Of a stretch of 64,000 nucleotides of DNA, positions 24,871 through 39,440 are shown piece after piece. Numbering within the stretch: the stretch's first letter is position 1; every line of letters starts with the position of its first letter. The position numbers were made by a program, and so were the translations under genes. The DNA comes from Camelus dromedarius (Eukaryota). Where the stretch lies: positions 104,348,001 through 104,412,000 of the forward strand of contig NC_087436.1 of the NCBI RefSeq assembly GCF_036321535.1, written 5' to 3'. The notes beneath the pieces were generated by a model. The model searched no databases. It saw only the letters and a program-made list of their open reading frames with translations, and was not told the origin of the DNA.

Positions 24871-27800
24871 ACAAAATTTTAGAGAGAGGAAGGGATGTTA
24901 ACCACTGGTCTATAATATCCCTCGGTTTTGCTCCTTTCTGCCCTCATTCCCTTTAAGAATAATAAGAACCGTCAGCACCTCATCCAAGCTCAAGTCCTCA
25001 TTAGGGCTGATAAGTATTATCAAAGCCCACTTGGTGCCCTGAGCTGTCCCCCGCCACCTGTCTGCTCTCCAGCAGGACTCCCCTGGGACAGCCTCTGAGC
25101 ATCCTTGAGAGCCCTCCTCTACCTGCCCTACATCTGAGCCCTGTGGCTGGCTCTCAGCTCCAGCCAAGGTGCTTCCTCGATTTGGGTCCCTCTGGCCCCT
25201 CCAGCTTCTGAGTCACCCTTAAGTAAAAACACAGATTCCAGCTTGCCTACACCTGCTGTGGCAACAGCCGAGGGCCAGCCCCACAACTCTACACCCGACC
25301 CCAGCTCTGAGGAGCCCGGCCTCGGAGGAATTTCAGATCCTCCTTCTTGCCCAAGAGGAGAGGTCAGACAAGGGTAAATTGTCCAGCACCCACCCTCGTG
25401 CGTAGCACATAACAGGGGCTCAGGACGTGTTTGGGGGTGAATGACAGAGTGAACGGGCGAGTACGTTTGGAGTCCTGCCTCAGTGCCGGCTTTTCTGGGT
25501 CCCCTGGGGGATGGCACCATCCTAACCAGAGGCATCCTGCCTAGAGTGCTGAGGGCTCCTGACAAGAGGTGAAGCTGGCTGAAGAGCCACACCGTTTCCA
25601 ACTCTCTACGCTGTACATGGAGTCCGTCAAATCCTGCTTTCAAGTTCGCTGACCGCAAGCACCTCCTCTGTGGGTAAAGAGGATGTACCTTGGAACCCAA
25701 GTCCAGAAATCTGTGTCCGAGTCTTAGCCCTGTCACTGACTTGCTGTGTGGTTCCAGGCAAGTCATACACCCTCTCTGAGTATCAGTTCCCTTGTTCAAC
25801 ATGAGGGGTTGTCGCTCCATCTCTGGTACTGTGGGACTCCGTGGGTCAGAATTGGCTATGTGCTTTTATTATTCCACATTCTCCTTTAGTTTCATTGGCT
25901 TCCTGTCGTCTTTGCAATCAGAGAAGCTCCCAAGCAGAGAACCACCTCTGAAGAGAGCTTGATCTTCAGGGAACCTCTAAGAGAAGGGAATCAGGGTGAG
26001 AAAAGAAAGGTCTCAGAGAGGAGTCTGCAAGCTCTCAGCCCCTTCTAGGTCACAGCTGCCCAGAGCACCTTGTGGGAAACTAGTCCCTGGAACATGAGCC
26101 CCATTTTCACTGAAATGTAGGCATAAAAATCCACTCCAAAACCAAATCTGGCCTTGGTGAGAGGGGTACCAACATTCAGTAAAGCCTGCTTCATGCATCA
26201 GGCAAGTTGCTGGTGACGGCAGGAGCCAATAAACTCTCGCAGAAGGATGGATGAACATCTGGAGCATGTGGGGTTAGAGGACGATGTTAAAAAGCTGTTT
26301 CCGCCGTTGACCCCCGAGCTGGACCTGGGTAATTGGAAGCTCCCCTTCCCCTCTTCCATCCTTGGAATGTGCTTGACACTTGCCTTCCCCACTCACAGGA
26401 GCTGCTCCAAGGATATAGCTTTGAGATGGGAACGTGGTGCTGAGGCTGCTGAGCTGTGCAGGGGACTGAACCCAGGTGAGTGCTCTGCGTAAATTTCTGA
26501 GTCTAGTGGGCGGGCTTGGGGACCTACTCCTCTTACCGCCCCCCGGGAAAGTTCCCTTGCTTGTTATACCTGCCACTGACCAGTCTGGAGGGGCTGCCTC
26601 TGTCTTCCGTGTCTCCCTGCCCTCCACCCAGGAGGCCAGTTTCAGGTCTCACCTGGGAAGCCCCTGAGAAGGTTACTCATGAAGCAGCATATGGTTTCTT
26701 ATTTAAGTCTCAAAACAACGTGTGTAGCGTCATTTTCCACATTTCAGAGATGGAGAAGTTGAGGCTCAGAGGAAGCAGCATTGTGTACAAGGCCAGCTGT
26801 TGAGCGGCAGGGACAGATCGGGCCCCATTCTAATGCCACCAGGCTGCTGGTAGGAATCTAAGTAATCAATAGCTGGTGATTTCCTTTCCTACGATGCTTC
26901 ACAGTTTCCAGTCCTGGTGCTGTAACAACCAGAAAGGTGAGAAATCCCGTGTCTACGCCCACACCCCCCCTCCTCCCAGGGACATTTGGTCCTCACTCTG
27001 AGCTCCCTGAATGTGGGAGATTTGAAAGCTGGCCTTCTGCACTGGTGTCTTGGATGCTTCTAGCCCTATGTTTATTTTTAGAAGGAAGATAAATACACTC
27101 TGCCACCTCATGGGGAAACCAAGAGATAATATCAGTCAATGAGATTTCACCTCTTGGACGATTTATCAACATTATTAAGGTAGATCTGTTTTCTCAGAAT
27201 AATCAGAGAGGAGACAAATACAGGCCAACTTATCCATCAGCCTCAGGTGGAAAGCTTCCTGGTCTGCCTCTTAGCCTGTTACCTTTCTATCAAAAGTCCC
27301 CCTTCCCCAGTGAAATTTGCAGATTGTTATTACCCACAGGCTATCACGAGGATGTCAGGATGTTCCCACAGCCCCAGACTTGTTATATCTGAACTGGAAC
27401 GATCTGTCACATCTCACACCACTTCACTGCCTGCTAGTGGGACCCTCGTTGTGTCAGATTCTCAGGCTCAAAATCTGGCTCATTTTTGAAAAGGTGGTAT
27501 CAGGAAGTACTGGAGAACATGGAGCACCCCCCTCACTGTCCAGGAATTCTCCGTGGCTCCCCACTGCCTGAAAACCCCACTTCCTTAGCGTGCCTTCAAA
27601 GTCCTCAGCAGTTGAGAGTTCATCTTCTTCCCTGTCAGTCCGTGTCCTCTTCCTTTCACAGCAGAGCGATCTGCTGTCCCACGAGCACTGCCTCGCATCC
27701 ACGCCTCCCTCAAAGTGTGATCTTCTCCTTTTCTTTTTAGATCTTCCTGCTAAAACCCTATTCTTCTTCATGGCTCAGCTCACATATTATCTTCTCCATA

Positions 27801-28082
27801 AAATGCCCAAAATCCTCTGTTGGAAAGGATTTCCCCCTCTTCTGAGCTCCCAAAACACTGACTTTGTATAAGTCTAATTGCCTAATTAAAGCTCGTTTCC
27901 CCACACCTTACTCATCACTGCTTGCTAATGAAGTCCTGTTATATGCAGGTATTGGTGGCATTATGCTCAGGGGGGAAGTCCAGGTCCAAGGGGTAAATAA
28001 TGGTGGGTCTGTGTCACACAGGACAATCTTACCCCTTTTTGCCAGTTATTGGTTTAGACATAAGTGTGTGTCCCATTTCTGG

Positions 28083-28380
28083 CCAGTGATATTTAACAAT
28101 GGACCCTCCAGTTAAAAAAAAAAAAAGGCCTTAATTTGCAGCAAGTTTGCTGATTTCCATGGTGTAAATACCCCCACTATGGCCAATTTCAAGCTGCCAG
28201 TGTGACATTGTTGAACTCAGAGAGCTTGGAAGGGTTGTACAGCAACACAGCATTTCGTAGGAATTCCACCCACCATGCCAAGACCGTAGACATAAATAAC
28301 CTCCAGGGCATGAGTAACAGCTAAGGGTAGTAAAATAATTAGGAAGTGATGCATTTTGAGTACAAGCAACACACCACTGG
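28083..28380. mobile_element. MER63-like hAT DNA transposon
   Basis: CCAGTG...CACTGG termini; core GATTTCCATGGTGTAAATACCCCCACTATGGCCAATTTCAAGCT. Confidence 0.65.
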
Positions 28381-28391
28381 TTCTAGCCCAT

Positions 28392-28727
28392 CGCTATGGA
28401 CAGAATGTGAAATTTGTATGTTGAAATCTAACGCCCAATGTGATGGTGAGGTCTTTGGGAGGTGATTAGGTCATGAAGGTGGTGTCCTTAAGAATGGGAT
28501 TAGTTCCCTAGTGAAAGAGACCCCAGAGAGCTCCCTCACCCCTCCCACCATGTGAGGACACAGCACAAAGATGACCATCTATGCACCAGGAAGCAAGCTC
28601 TCATCAGATACCAACTCTGCTGGTTCTTTGACCTTAGACCTCCAGCCTCAGAACTGTGAGAAATGTTTGTGGTTTAAGCCACCCAGTCTGTGGTATTTTG
28701 TTATAGCAGCCTGAATGGACTAAGACC
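28392..28727 (+). mobile_element. MaLR LTR (MLT1A-like)
   Basis: CTATGGACAGAATGT...CCATGTGAGGACACAG...GTGGTATTTTGTTATAGCAGCCTGAATGGACTAAGAC. Confidence 0.85.
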
Positions 28728-29319
28728 CCAATGCAATATAAGGAGAAGTGTGCTTGGGGTTTCTGGGTTTATTGGTCAATTTTTGCTGCCTTATGCTTCA
28801 TTAGCAAACAACCCTGAATCTAGCACAGAAGATCATATATGAAGTTCAAGTCACATATTTGAACATGTGTTCAAAACATGTTTGATATATGCATCCTTCA
28901 TCTATAAGATAAAGTATTAGAATAGATGAGTGGTTTAAAACTTTTAACACAGAGGAACCTCTTTTTCCCACCAAGCAATTCTGTATGGAAGCCCAAGTGG
29001 AAAAGAGATGAAGGAATGGGAGCTTTGAGATACTTCCTTCAAATCTTGGTGGAACCCCTTGGGTTCCACAGAACATGATTTGAAAACCACTAATTTAGCT
29101 CCATTTGAGGACTAATAATCTGTGGTCCTGGGAATTGTGATATTAGTGTGTCTTCCATCAGGACTAGCCAGTGGCTTCAGTTAAGCTTGGCCTCACAAGG
29201 TCAGGGTCTTGATTTCCAAACATGCTGTGCCTTTGGCTTTGTTGAGTGAACAGACCACTTGATACACTGCAGCATTCAGCTGTAAGGAGATCCTGGGACT
29301 GTGGGTCCAATGTGCCTCC

Positions 29320-29696
29320 TGTTATGGCCTGAACTGTGTCCCTTTAAAATTCCTACATTGAGGCCCCGACCTCCAGCATCTCAGAATGTGACTACATGGA
29401 GATAGGGCCTCTAAAGAGGTAATTAAGTTAAAATGAGGCTGTGAGGGTGGGCCCTAATCCAATCTGACTGATATCCTTATAAGAGGAGGAAATTGGATAC
29501 TCAGAGAGACACTAGGGATACACGTGCACAGAGAGACAATTGTGTGAAGAGGTAGCCCATCCCCAAACCAAGGAGAAGTCTCAGAGGAAATCAGCTCTGC
29601 TCATCTTGGACTTCTGAGCAGTGCGAAAACAAAAATCTGCTGTTTAAGTCCCCCAATCTTTGGTATTTTGTTACGCAGCCCTAGCTGACTAATATA
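29320..29696 (+). mobile_element. MaLR solo LTR (MLT1B-like) with 5-bp TSD
   Basis: TGTTATGGCCTGAACTGTGTCCC...GCAGCCCTAGCTGACTAATATA; CCTCC on both sides (29315-29319, 29697-29701). Confidence 0.88.
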
Positions 29697-30088
29697 CCTC
29701 CCCTCCCAGAAGGATACAGGGCTCAGAGGGCCACTCTCATTCCTAAGGCCCTGAACCAGCCCAAACTGGTCCAAGAAGATGGAGCCTCATAAATGCCCCT
29801 TGGTTGGTACCCCCAGAATCCCTGAGAGTTAGTTAAGTCTTCATATCTGCTCCTAGGTCTCTTCTCCCTCAACTGCTCTTTCTTTCTTGGGCCCTAATTT
29901 CAGTTCCATTCCTTGAGCACAGAAGCAGCAGCAGCAATAATAAAACAGCCAGCAAATAAACGAGATGGGCGAGTGAGAACAGAAGCGCCAGCCGAGTGGG
30001 TCCAGCCCAGATGAAAATCTCCTTCGGGTGAAGCCAACGAATCCCAAGACCTAACTCAGCAGGTGTTTCCCTGGGAGCCTTCCAGGTG

Positions 30089-30208
30089 GAGGCTTGCCAG
30101 ACGAAATACAAGATGCCATTTAATCTTAATTTCAGATAAGCAATGAATAATGTTTTAGCATAAGCATGTTCTGGGTAATGTGTTTATTCACTCTATCTGG
30201 CAACTGCA
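30089..30208. mobile_element. Diverged MER53-type MITE
   Basis: GGCTTGCCAGA...TTTCAGATAAGCAATGAATAA...TATCTGGCAAC; similar to the 23545 copy. Confidence 0.65.
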
Positions 30209-30959
30209 TTTAGGGGCTCTCAGGTGCTGGGGGTGGGGAGGAAGAACAAGAAATTGACTGAGAGGAGAGAAATTAAATATGATCACATGCTGCACACACA
30301 GAGGACACCACGGGGATTAGCACATCATAGATGCTGAACCAAGTTGGGAAGAATGAAAGGAGTGCTTCTTGGTGATGTGTCCTGTGGGCTGTGGGGCAGC
30401 CAGGAAGATTGGTTGAGGTCTTCCATTGTCAGTCTTGATCTGTCAGTTTCTTACTTTTAACTCGGCATTAACATACACTTATTAACTATGAAAATAACTG
30501 TTATGATTGAATTTCCTGTGGGAAAGACAATCTCTTTATGGTGACTCTGAAATGCTAGCTCCTGGCCCCCTTACTTCTTGTTTTTACAGAGGGAATTTTG
30601 AGAAATTCAGGTATACTGGACAATGGCTGGTTTTTGTCAGGGAGGGTGGTGGTGTTGGCCCCTGCCCCCAGGATCTGAAACAAGAATAAAAAGATCCAGG
30701 GGAGGAATGGAATGTGATCAATTTGGGCCCAAAGAAGTAAAGTAGAGCAAGGAGTGTTGGAGTGAGGTGAGAGTGTTGGCCAGGGGAGGAAAAGAGACTC
30801 CTTTGCAGAATAAAATGATGGTGCATGAGAGAGTGATCTGATTTAAAGACCCTGAGCCTCACTTGAGATTCACTGTCTTAATTCTGTGAGGACCCAATAA
30901 AACTGAATAGGTTGGTGCAATGGGAGGCTTACTGTGAGGATGGTCAAAGTAGCCTTCAA

Positions 30960-31368
30960 TACCCAGGCCTGTGGAAGACTATCGTTCAGCAAATATTCTT
31001 TCTCTTGATGCCACCTGCTCATCTACAGGAGGCATATTGTTCCCTGCCCCACAGATATTGGGATTGGCCATGTGACTTGCTTTGGCCAAAAGAAGCTGGG
31101 GGTGGGGAAGTGAAAGTAAGTTTTGAGCCCATGACAGAAGAAACATAGAGTGCTTCCATTTATTCCTCCTATTTGCAGCCAGTCCAAGAAGGATGAGAGA
31201 CACATGGAGCAGATCTGGACTTTACCAACAGTTTGGATGGAGCCAAGCCCAGCAGAGCCTAGCACAGATCAGCCAAACCCAACTTGATCAACAGACACTT
31301 GAGCAAGAAATAAATGTTTTTATGTATCACTGAGCTTTGTATGATTTGTTATGCAGCAATGACTGATG
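30960..31368 (+). mobile_element. Old MaLR LTR (MLT1H/I-like)
   Basis: CATGTGACTTGCTTTGGCCAA and 3' end AATAAATG...TTTGTTATGCAGCAAT. Confidence 0.65.
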
Positions 31369-34300
31369 CATCGTCCTTTCCCTGTTTTCTACCACCTCTC
31401 TCTAAGTGTCTTCCATCCTTTCTCCTCTGTCAAAATCAAAATCTTTCAACCTAAAAGATCTAAGATCAACCTCTTACCTCTTAGACTGAATCTCAATTAC
31501 AGACATTCCCCTCCCCAGTATATGTGCTTTTCAAGACATTGTCTTTTTGCAAAAAGAAAGACCTTCCTATGAGGATTTCAAGAATCAGCAATCAGATGAG
31601 AAAGGCATTTACAGACTGGGTCTCCTGATTTCATACTCCTAGTAGCCTAGGGTGAGGCTGACCCCAACATGTAGCTGATTTTTCAGGAAGGCTCAAAATA
31701 CTAAAAGCCAAGCTCAGCAAAAGCCACTCAGCTGCTTCCTTCCATCATTTTCTCGGTAGAAGTGGAAGCACAGATTGGCAACTCTAGCTGAATGGATGAG
31801 GACTTCTCCTGTCCACCCCGCCCTTAGAGTTTGGCCAGCTCCCCAGTCCAAGCGGCAGCATGTGTTCGGGAAGATGATGAATGTTAGCAGAAGGCTCCAG
31901 AGACTCTCTCAGGGCCCTATTGTTTATTAAATATAAAAACCCATGTTTAAATATAACGTCGAAGTTACAATACAGACCAGCATGACCTACGACAGACTGC
32001 TAGCTCTAATCTTCAACAGCTAGACATTCTTCTAGTTCTGACTTCTGAGTTTAGAGCCTCTAAAGATTTTCCGGGAAGGCTCAAACCTCTCAACGAAGAG
32101 GTCAGCGGAGGCCGACAAAGCCCATCTATTTCTTTCCATCATCTATTCTTAATGGCAGAAGCTGTGACTTTCTGTCGGGCATAGTATGTAGTCGGTCTAA
32201 AGCTTGCCCCATGGAAGGCGGGCGTTCCTGACTGCTTGGCCTGGGAACGGCTCTGTTCTCCCAGAGAGCCCAGATTCCATGCTCACACGTCCACCCCTTT
32301 AATAAAGGGCTGGGTGGCCTCCGCAGCTCCAGGACCTGGAGGCGCATGGAGTGTGGACAATGCCCAAGTCCCCTGGTTTAGGCTGTTGAGGTAGAGACAC
32401 CAGTAAACGCAGAGTGGTTTGGGAACAAGGACTCTGAAGAAAACAAAACAGGGTGACTTGGTACATGTGAATAAATGAGGCACCTCATCATTAGGTAGGG
32501 TGTTCAGGGGATAACAGAAGTGAAGGTTTCCGTGCTGTTTCCCCTGCGACGGACACTGTTTGAAGTACTTTGTGTGTATTAGCTCATTTAATTTTCACAG
32601 CAACCCTGTGGGGTAGGCATTATTACTGCCCTTTTACAGGTGAGGAAACCAGCGCACACAGAAGTGAAGTAAATTGCTCTACATCACACAGCCAGTAAGT
32701 AGTGGGGCTGGACGCAGGCCCAAGGGTTGGCGCCCCAGTCCTAATTCTCACCCGCTATGTGAGCAGGGGACATTGGAGCCAAAGTCTGGGTTATAGGAAG
32801 GGGCCGGCTGTGTGAAGATCTGGGGAAGAGAGTCCTCCCAGGTGGACGAGGGGACCAGTGCAGTCCTCTGGAACCAGAGTGGCAGCTCTGAAATCTGTTT
32901 TCACTCTGCGGTGTTACTCCTTGTTCGAAAGCCACGTTTCCCACTAAAGCCTATGAGGGCTTGTCCGTCACTGCTTTGCTCATCTTATGTCCGAATGCCT
33001 GACCCCGTGCTTAATTCATAGATATATTGAATAATTCTTTTTTGGATCAATGAACATGTTAACTAATTAATTAATAAGCATGAGACCCACCTGATGTTGG
33101 TTTGAATCCTAAAGCCTTCACCTGTTAACTGTTCAACCTTGGGCCAGTTACTTAACTTCTCTGATCTTCGTTTTCATTTTCTGTACAATGGGGATAAAAA
33201 GAGAATCACAAGGTTGGGTACTGAGAGGGTTAAATGAAAGACCTTTTGTAAACAGCCAAGAACAAGGTCACCATAGGAGAGGTCCTACAGAAATGTTGGT
33301 GTCCAACTTTCTTTCCCCACTACATGCAAAACCAGGATTGTTCCTGTGGCATGAACCTATTATAGAATCTAGAGTTGAAAGGGACTCTAAGCCCTTGTTC
33401 CTTGGACTGTGGGCCAAGGACTAGCCCATCAGAATCCCAGGGGAGCTTGCTGGAAATACATAAGCCCAGGTCCCACCCCAAACCTACTGAATTAGAATTT
33501 CTGGAGGAGAAGACTGGTTACCTGTGTACTTAATAAGCACCCCTCTCCATCCCAGGTAATTCTTATCATCATAGAGAAAGTCAGGGTAGGTTGAGCCTGC
33601 TCAAGTCCAGGGTTCCATCTCCTTCATATTGCTCCAAACGCATGGACCCCAAATCATGACCGCTGCTGCTGCTTGCTGCCTGGGCCTCCACATTGCTGCT
33701 AACCCATTTCCTGGCTGCCATGTATCAGACACCATCCACTCCGAGCTGGGCTCCCAATATATTGACAGCCGCCGCATTAGTTGTCCATTCTGGACCAATC
33801 ATCTGGGCTATGGAGGGTCCAGGAGCATCACACAAAACAGGAGCCAGAGCCTGACTGGCTCGCTGACTGGTGTCACAGCTCCCTGCTCCCTGTGAGAGGT
33901 GCCTTCTCTCCTTTGTAATCCCCCCGGGTCACTGGCTGTGCCTCAGGAAACAGAACTGGATTCTGATGGACTGTGGAAGGCAGCCTCATTTCTGAATCAT
34001 CAACCACATCAACAAACCCTAAAGACAGGCACAGGAGAGGACAAATTCTTACTAACCCATCAAACATTCTCCAGGCCTGTTTAGGCTCATGGCTCATTAA
34101 TCAACTCTGATCTCAGGGTGTCACAAAATTTTGTTTTCTTTCATTTCTAAGATATGATCAAACCTTCCAGAAACTAAATTTTCTTAGCTGGTGTGGAGCT
34201 CACTTTAGTGAGGTGTGGAACCTTCTATTCATTCTTGGCAATTGTACCCATTTGGAGTTTCCAAGGAGCCAAAATAAGAATGCCTTCCACACCACTCTGT

Positions 34301-35558
34301 AACTCCATGCTTTGAGCCTCAGTACACCTGCTTGAAACATTGTTTAGAGACCCTCTGTGTTGGGATGGTAACCCAAGTGATGGCGCAAGGACATAGCTTC
34401 AAAATGGTGGTGATCCTGTCTGCCATGATGGCCCCGCCCGGCACAAAGTGGGGTTTTGATTTATACTTCTTGATAAATAAATGCCAAAAAAGCATAGAGA
34501 TGTAAATGGACTTTACAAAGATGCTCATCAAAACAAGGATTGGAGAACATATTGGGCTCACACATTGTTTGCCTTTAAATCTTTACTGTGCAAGGGCTGG
34601 CATTCATACTCTGTCCTAGCTCATTAGATAAAGTCTATTTCCCAGGCCAAGTTCAAATTTGCTGCCATCTACTGGCCAACACTTAACATTATATTTACCT
34701 GTGTATATTTAAATTTTAACTAAGTCATGTAACATGTAAAACTTAAAATATTTGCAGAAAATTATGGAAACATGATCTATTATAAAGACTTGGTAGTATT
34801 ATTCCATTTCAAAAGAATAAATATAAATTTTTTTGGATTAAGTGTTTTTAAAGCTTAGATTATAAATTAGAGCACAGTGAATTTTCTAAACAGTAGATAA
34901 TGTTACAGCCTCAGTTGCTGGAGGTGTTGGTTCTACTGGGTTTTATGGTGACTCCTTCATAGTCTGTGAGTTTGAGAAAAAGCAAATTGAGTCTGAAAGT
35001 CGAAGAATGTCTCCTAAAGATCCTCAGGCCCAGAATGTAAACATTCAGAAAAGTCTGGCAGGTGCAGTGGCCCATTCAGTACAACATGCTAGGAAGTCCA
35101 TCTTCTCCGCTCCCTATCAAAAAAATGTGTGTGTGTGTTTGATATACTTTTTAAATATCTGAACTGCAAGCCCTGAAGAACAGTAGATCTCACCCTCCTC
35201 CCTGCTGCATATCAGAGGGAAGTCTGGCCCACGTAAAACTCCCGCAGAAAGAAAACACACAGACACACACACAGCTCTAATTTCAAAGGTGTTTTTGAAA
35301 CTCAGTGTGGCTCAGGAATGGCTGAGAAGCTGATGGTTCTGGAATAGGCCTGGATGTTTATACTCATGGACCCAAAGTCTGGCTGGTGAGTCTTTAGACT
35401 GATCAGAACTGCCACTGCCCCACAGAACCACAAAAAGCTCCCTCTGGCCAGAAACGGGCAGACAGACTACATTGTAGTCCAGGAAATGTTCCCCTTTCTT
35501 GAAAACAGATTTAGCATCTCTGAGAATTAATGTTTTAATGTTTGTCCTTGGGAACAGA

Positions 35559-35622
35559 GTGCGTGTGCGTGTGCGTGTATGTGTGTGTGTGTGTGTGTGT
35601 GCATGTGCGTGTGAGTGTGTGT
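35559..35622. repeat. Compound (GTGCGT)n/(TG)n microsatellite
   Basis: Seen directly. Confidence 0.95.
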
Positions 35623-38600
35623 TTGATTTAAGAGTTGCCTCTTGGACAACTTCTCACTGGCAGGGATCACCAAATCTCCCCTCACCTCTCCACCCCTAGC
35701 CCTGCCCAGTGACCCACTGGGCAACCCCCACAGAGCCCATCCATTCTACAAATTCATCCAATAAACATTTATGGAGCCTTTACAGACACTGTTCTAGGCT
35801 TTGGGGACACAGTGACAAGGCAGACGCTGCTTCCCTTCTCCTGGACCTTGCCCACCAGCGGCGGACGAGGGGACCACACAACGCAAGCTCAGAAATGCAG
35901 GGGCGCTGGGCGCTGGTGGAAAAGAGAACAGGGAGCGCAGTGAAGAGGGCATGAGCCAGGCGGGCCCGGACGGGCTCACTAGGATGGCCGTCTTTTTCTG
36001 GAAGAGCAGACACCTGCACAAAGAGGGGCGACAGCCAGGTGAAGGTGTGGGAAGCTCAATCCAGGCAGGAGGAACAGAAGGTTTCAGAGGTGGGAACCTC
36101 TCTGCACATTCAAGGAACCGCAAAACAATCCACGTCACAGAGCCTCAAAGAATCTCCCCAAAGACCTTGAGTAGTTAGTGCTCTTATTATCCTCGCTTTA
36201 CAGATAGAGACACTAAAGCCCAGAGACGTTAAGTAACTTGCCCAAGGTCATCCAGGTGGCAGATGGCAGAACTAGGCCAGGAGCGCGGGTCTCTGGCCCT
36301 CGAAGAATCTGAATTGACATGAGAAGGAACAAGTACCACGTGTCACCTGGAAGAGCTGCAGGCCGGGGCGTGTGGAGGGTTGGAAGGTGGATCCCAGGAC
36401 CAAACCAGTCTTTGGGGAGAAAGGGTGTTTTCCTTCCTCTTGGGGAGAATTGTAGAAGAGATTCTTCCAGAAGAGGGCGTACCAGCTGACAGGAAAGGGA
36501 AAGGAGTACCTAGAGTGTGCCTGTGGGGTCCCCAGGGAAGTGTGTTCGGGTGTGTGTTCCCTCTGTTCCGGGGACAGTCACACCGAGTGTGTCATTTTAA
36601 ATGCCTCCCCGCTTTAGACCTGTGTGTCCTAACGACCTGGGTCCTCTGTGGAGTCAGAGGGTCTACACCGCTGCCCACTGACCTCTAGGATGAGCATCTT
36701 ATATTGGGAAGAAGAGGGAAGGGCGACTGGGGAGGAAATACGAACGTTCTGTACCATCAGAGACAGGGAGCTGGGAATAACAGCAATAATAATGACAGGC
36801 ATTTGCAGACAGCCAGCTTCTGCTGGGCTCCATTCTCAGCCCTTTACAAGTGCTGACGCAGTCCTGGTAACAGTGCTGTGGCTAGGCAGTATCCACGGTC
36901 CCCACCGCACAGAAGAAGCTTAGAGAGCTCAAGTAACTTGCCCGAGCTCACACGGCCGAAGATCATCAGAACCAGGAGTCAGCCTGCGCAGTCTGTGCCC
37001 TTAACCGCAGCACCTGTAAAAACTGCTGAGAAAGCACCAGCAAGGGGCAAATTAGTGGGCAGCACTGCAGCTGATACCCAGGGCCAAGCAGGGCCCTGAC
37101 GCGCGACAGGTGTTCACTGTTTGTCAAATGAATAAACGGTGCCCTGGTCCCACCCATGTGCATTCGATGTCCTCAGACTGCAAGTGACTCGATTTCTGGG
37201 AAGCCGCGTTCTGCTCCCCCCGTATCCTCTCGGGCTGGAGGCTCCTAGTGGGTGCTGACAGTTTTATTTTTAGGAGAAAATGAATAAATAATCATGATTG
37301 GAAGAAATAGCCTCTCCACCCTCTCCTTAGGGAGGGTTCTTATTCTTTCATCCACCTTGAATTTTCACCCTGGGCAGAAATTCCTGAAATGACTTTTCTG
37401 GGCGATCTTGATACCAGTTCTTATCTCTGCTCTCCTGGGAAATCTTTCTTCAGAGACCACACCTATGCCACTTGCCAAACAGCAGACAGGGGCTGCCGGG
37501 CCCCACGTGCTGTAGACTCGCAGATCTACGCAGACACCTGCCCGACAGAGTGCCTGGATGCTGAGGGTGCTGGGGACAGAGACAGCCCATGGTCTGGAGC
37601 CAGGCTCCCTCTCTGGCCAGGGGAGTCTGCTGGGCCCAGGTGGGCACTGCCCAAGCTTGGAATTAGCTGCTCTGCTGGGTGGTGCTTTTCCTCTAAGTAA
37701 GGTCTGAATCGGACCACCCAGGGGTGCGAGTAATGCCCAGAGCATTCATTCATTCACTCACTTCCTCCCTCCCTAGTCCATCCTTTCACTGACACTTATG
37801 TGAGCCTAACCAAGTGCTAGTCACGCTTTCAGTTGCTGGGGGATTAAAAAGAGGAAGAACAAGATGCCTCCCCGACGCCCTCCTCCCACCAGACCCCTGC
37901 TCATTCTCCTGTGAAGCTGAGACCTCGGGGGATCAGGCAGTAACCAACTAATCACACCCATCTCTGAAAGACCAGGAGCTAAGTGAGCATGTAATGAGGC
38001 AGCTGGCAGGTAGGGCCGACAGCGGAGCAGGGAGTGACAGCAAACAGCTGCCAGCAGAAGTGCTATCTAAGCCTAGTTCAGTAGAGTGAGAGGGAATTCA
38101 AGGTGAAGTGGGTTGAGGGGACAAGCATTCCGGCAGAAGGCAGAGACAGGGCAGAGGTGGTGAAGAGGGACTGACAGAAGCAGGTGGGGGGTGCAGAGGT
38201 GGGGGAGGAAGGAGCGATGACGCTGGCAAGACCAGGAGGGGTCTGACCCTGCAGGACTTTGTAGGATTTGTTGGGAATTTTGTCTTTCACTAGAGGACAT
38301 TGAAAATCTAATCCTGGGGAATGGATTTAAGCACAAGAGATGTGATTCAATTTCTGTTTTAGAAAGTCCCGCTGGCTGTTGTGTGGCAAACTAGAGCAGA
38401 TAAGGGGAGAACCATTAAGGGGTTACTGGAGAAATCCACACAAGAGATGATGGAGGTTTGGACAAGACTGATGGCCTTGGAAAGAGGCGGCATGGACAGG
38501 CCAAGAAATGTTTGGGACTCAAGTCCACAAGGCAGCTCTGTGACCAGGGCAGATTCAGAAATGTGTGTTCTACTCACCCCTCCCACCCAAGACAATCGTA

Positions 38601-39440
38601 AGACCCCGTGGGCCCTTTTCTTGGAGGCCATGCGCTACATTCATATGAAATACCCACATCCCATATTAAACATGGTTTTGTAGTTTTTAAAAAATTTTTT
38701 AAAAATTGAAAATATTTTAATAACTGCCTTTCAAATTATCTAGCTACTTGTAAAATTAATATATTTAATTTGAGAATGATCACAGTTTCTTGGCAACCAT
38801 CAGGCCCATCCCCAAATCCTAGCCAAGTGAGAAAATCAAACTTTCAAATTGTTTCCAAATATAATGAAAATTGTTGAGTGTTACACACTGCATAATAAAT
38901 TAGGTCAACACCTTCACACAGGCCACAAATTTAGACCTTGGACATGACCTCCACACAGGGCATGTGCTATCATTGTTTTTATCCTGGATGTGACAAAAGT
39001 GTGGATTTATTCAATATACCACAGTTTTGAGAACCCTGTTTTGGCATTTCTTCACTAAAAAAAAAACATTAGATTTACTGTGGTACCACTTACATCCAGG
39101 AAAATTCCATCTTTTGATGTGCATAATTCTACGGATTTGACGAATACGTAAAGTTGTGACCCGTGACCACAATCAAGAGATAGAATATTCCCTTCACCCC
39201 AAAAGTTCCCTGGAGCCCCTTTGCGTTCAGTCCTCTCCCTGCCCCCCGGTCCCTGGCACCACTGGTGTGATGTCTGACCCAGAGTCTTGCCTTTTCTAGG
39301 TCCTGTGATGGAATCGCAGAGCACGGAGCTTTGGTGTGTTGGCTTCTTTCACTCAGCACGGCACGTGTGAGATCAACCCAAATTTGCACATGTCAACGCT
39401 TTGTTCCTTTTTGCAGCTAAGTAGCATTACAATGTGCAAC

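Noticed and set aside
25128..25820. 230-aa ORF on -
   Set aside because: N-terminal part translates a MIR; no family resemblance or splice context.
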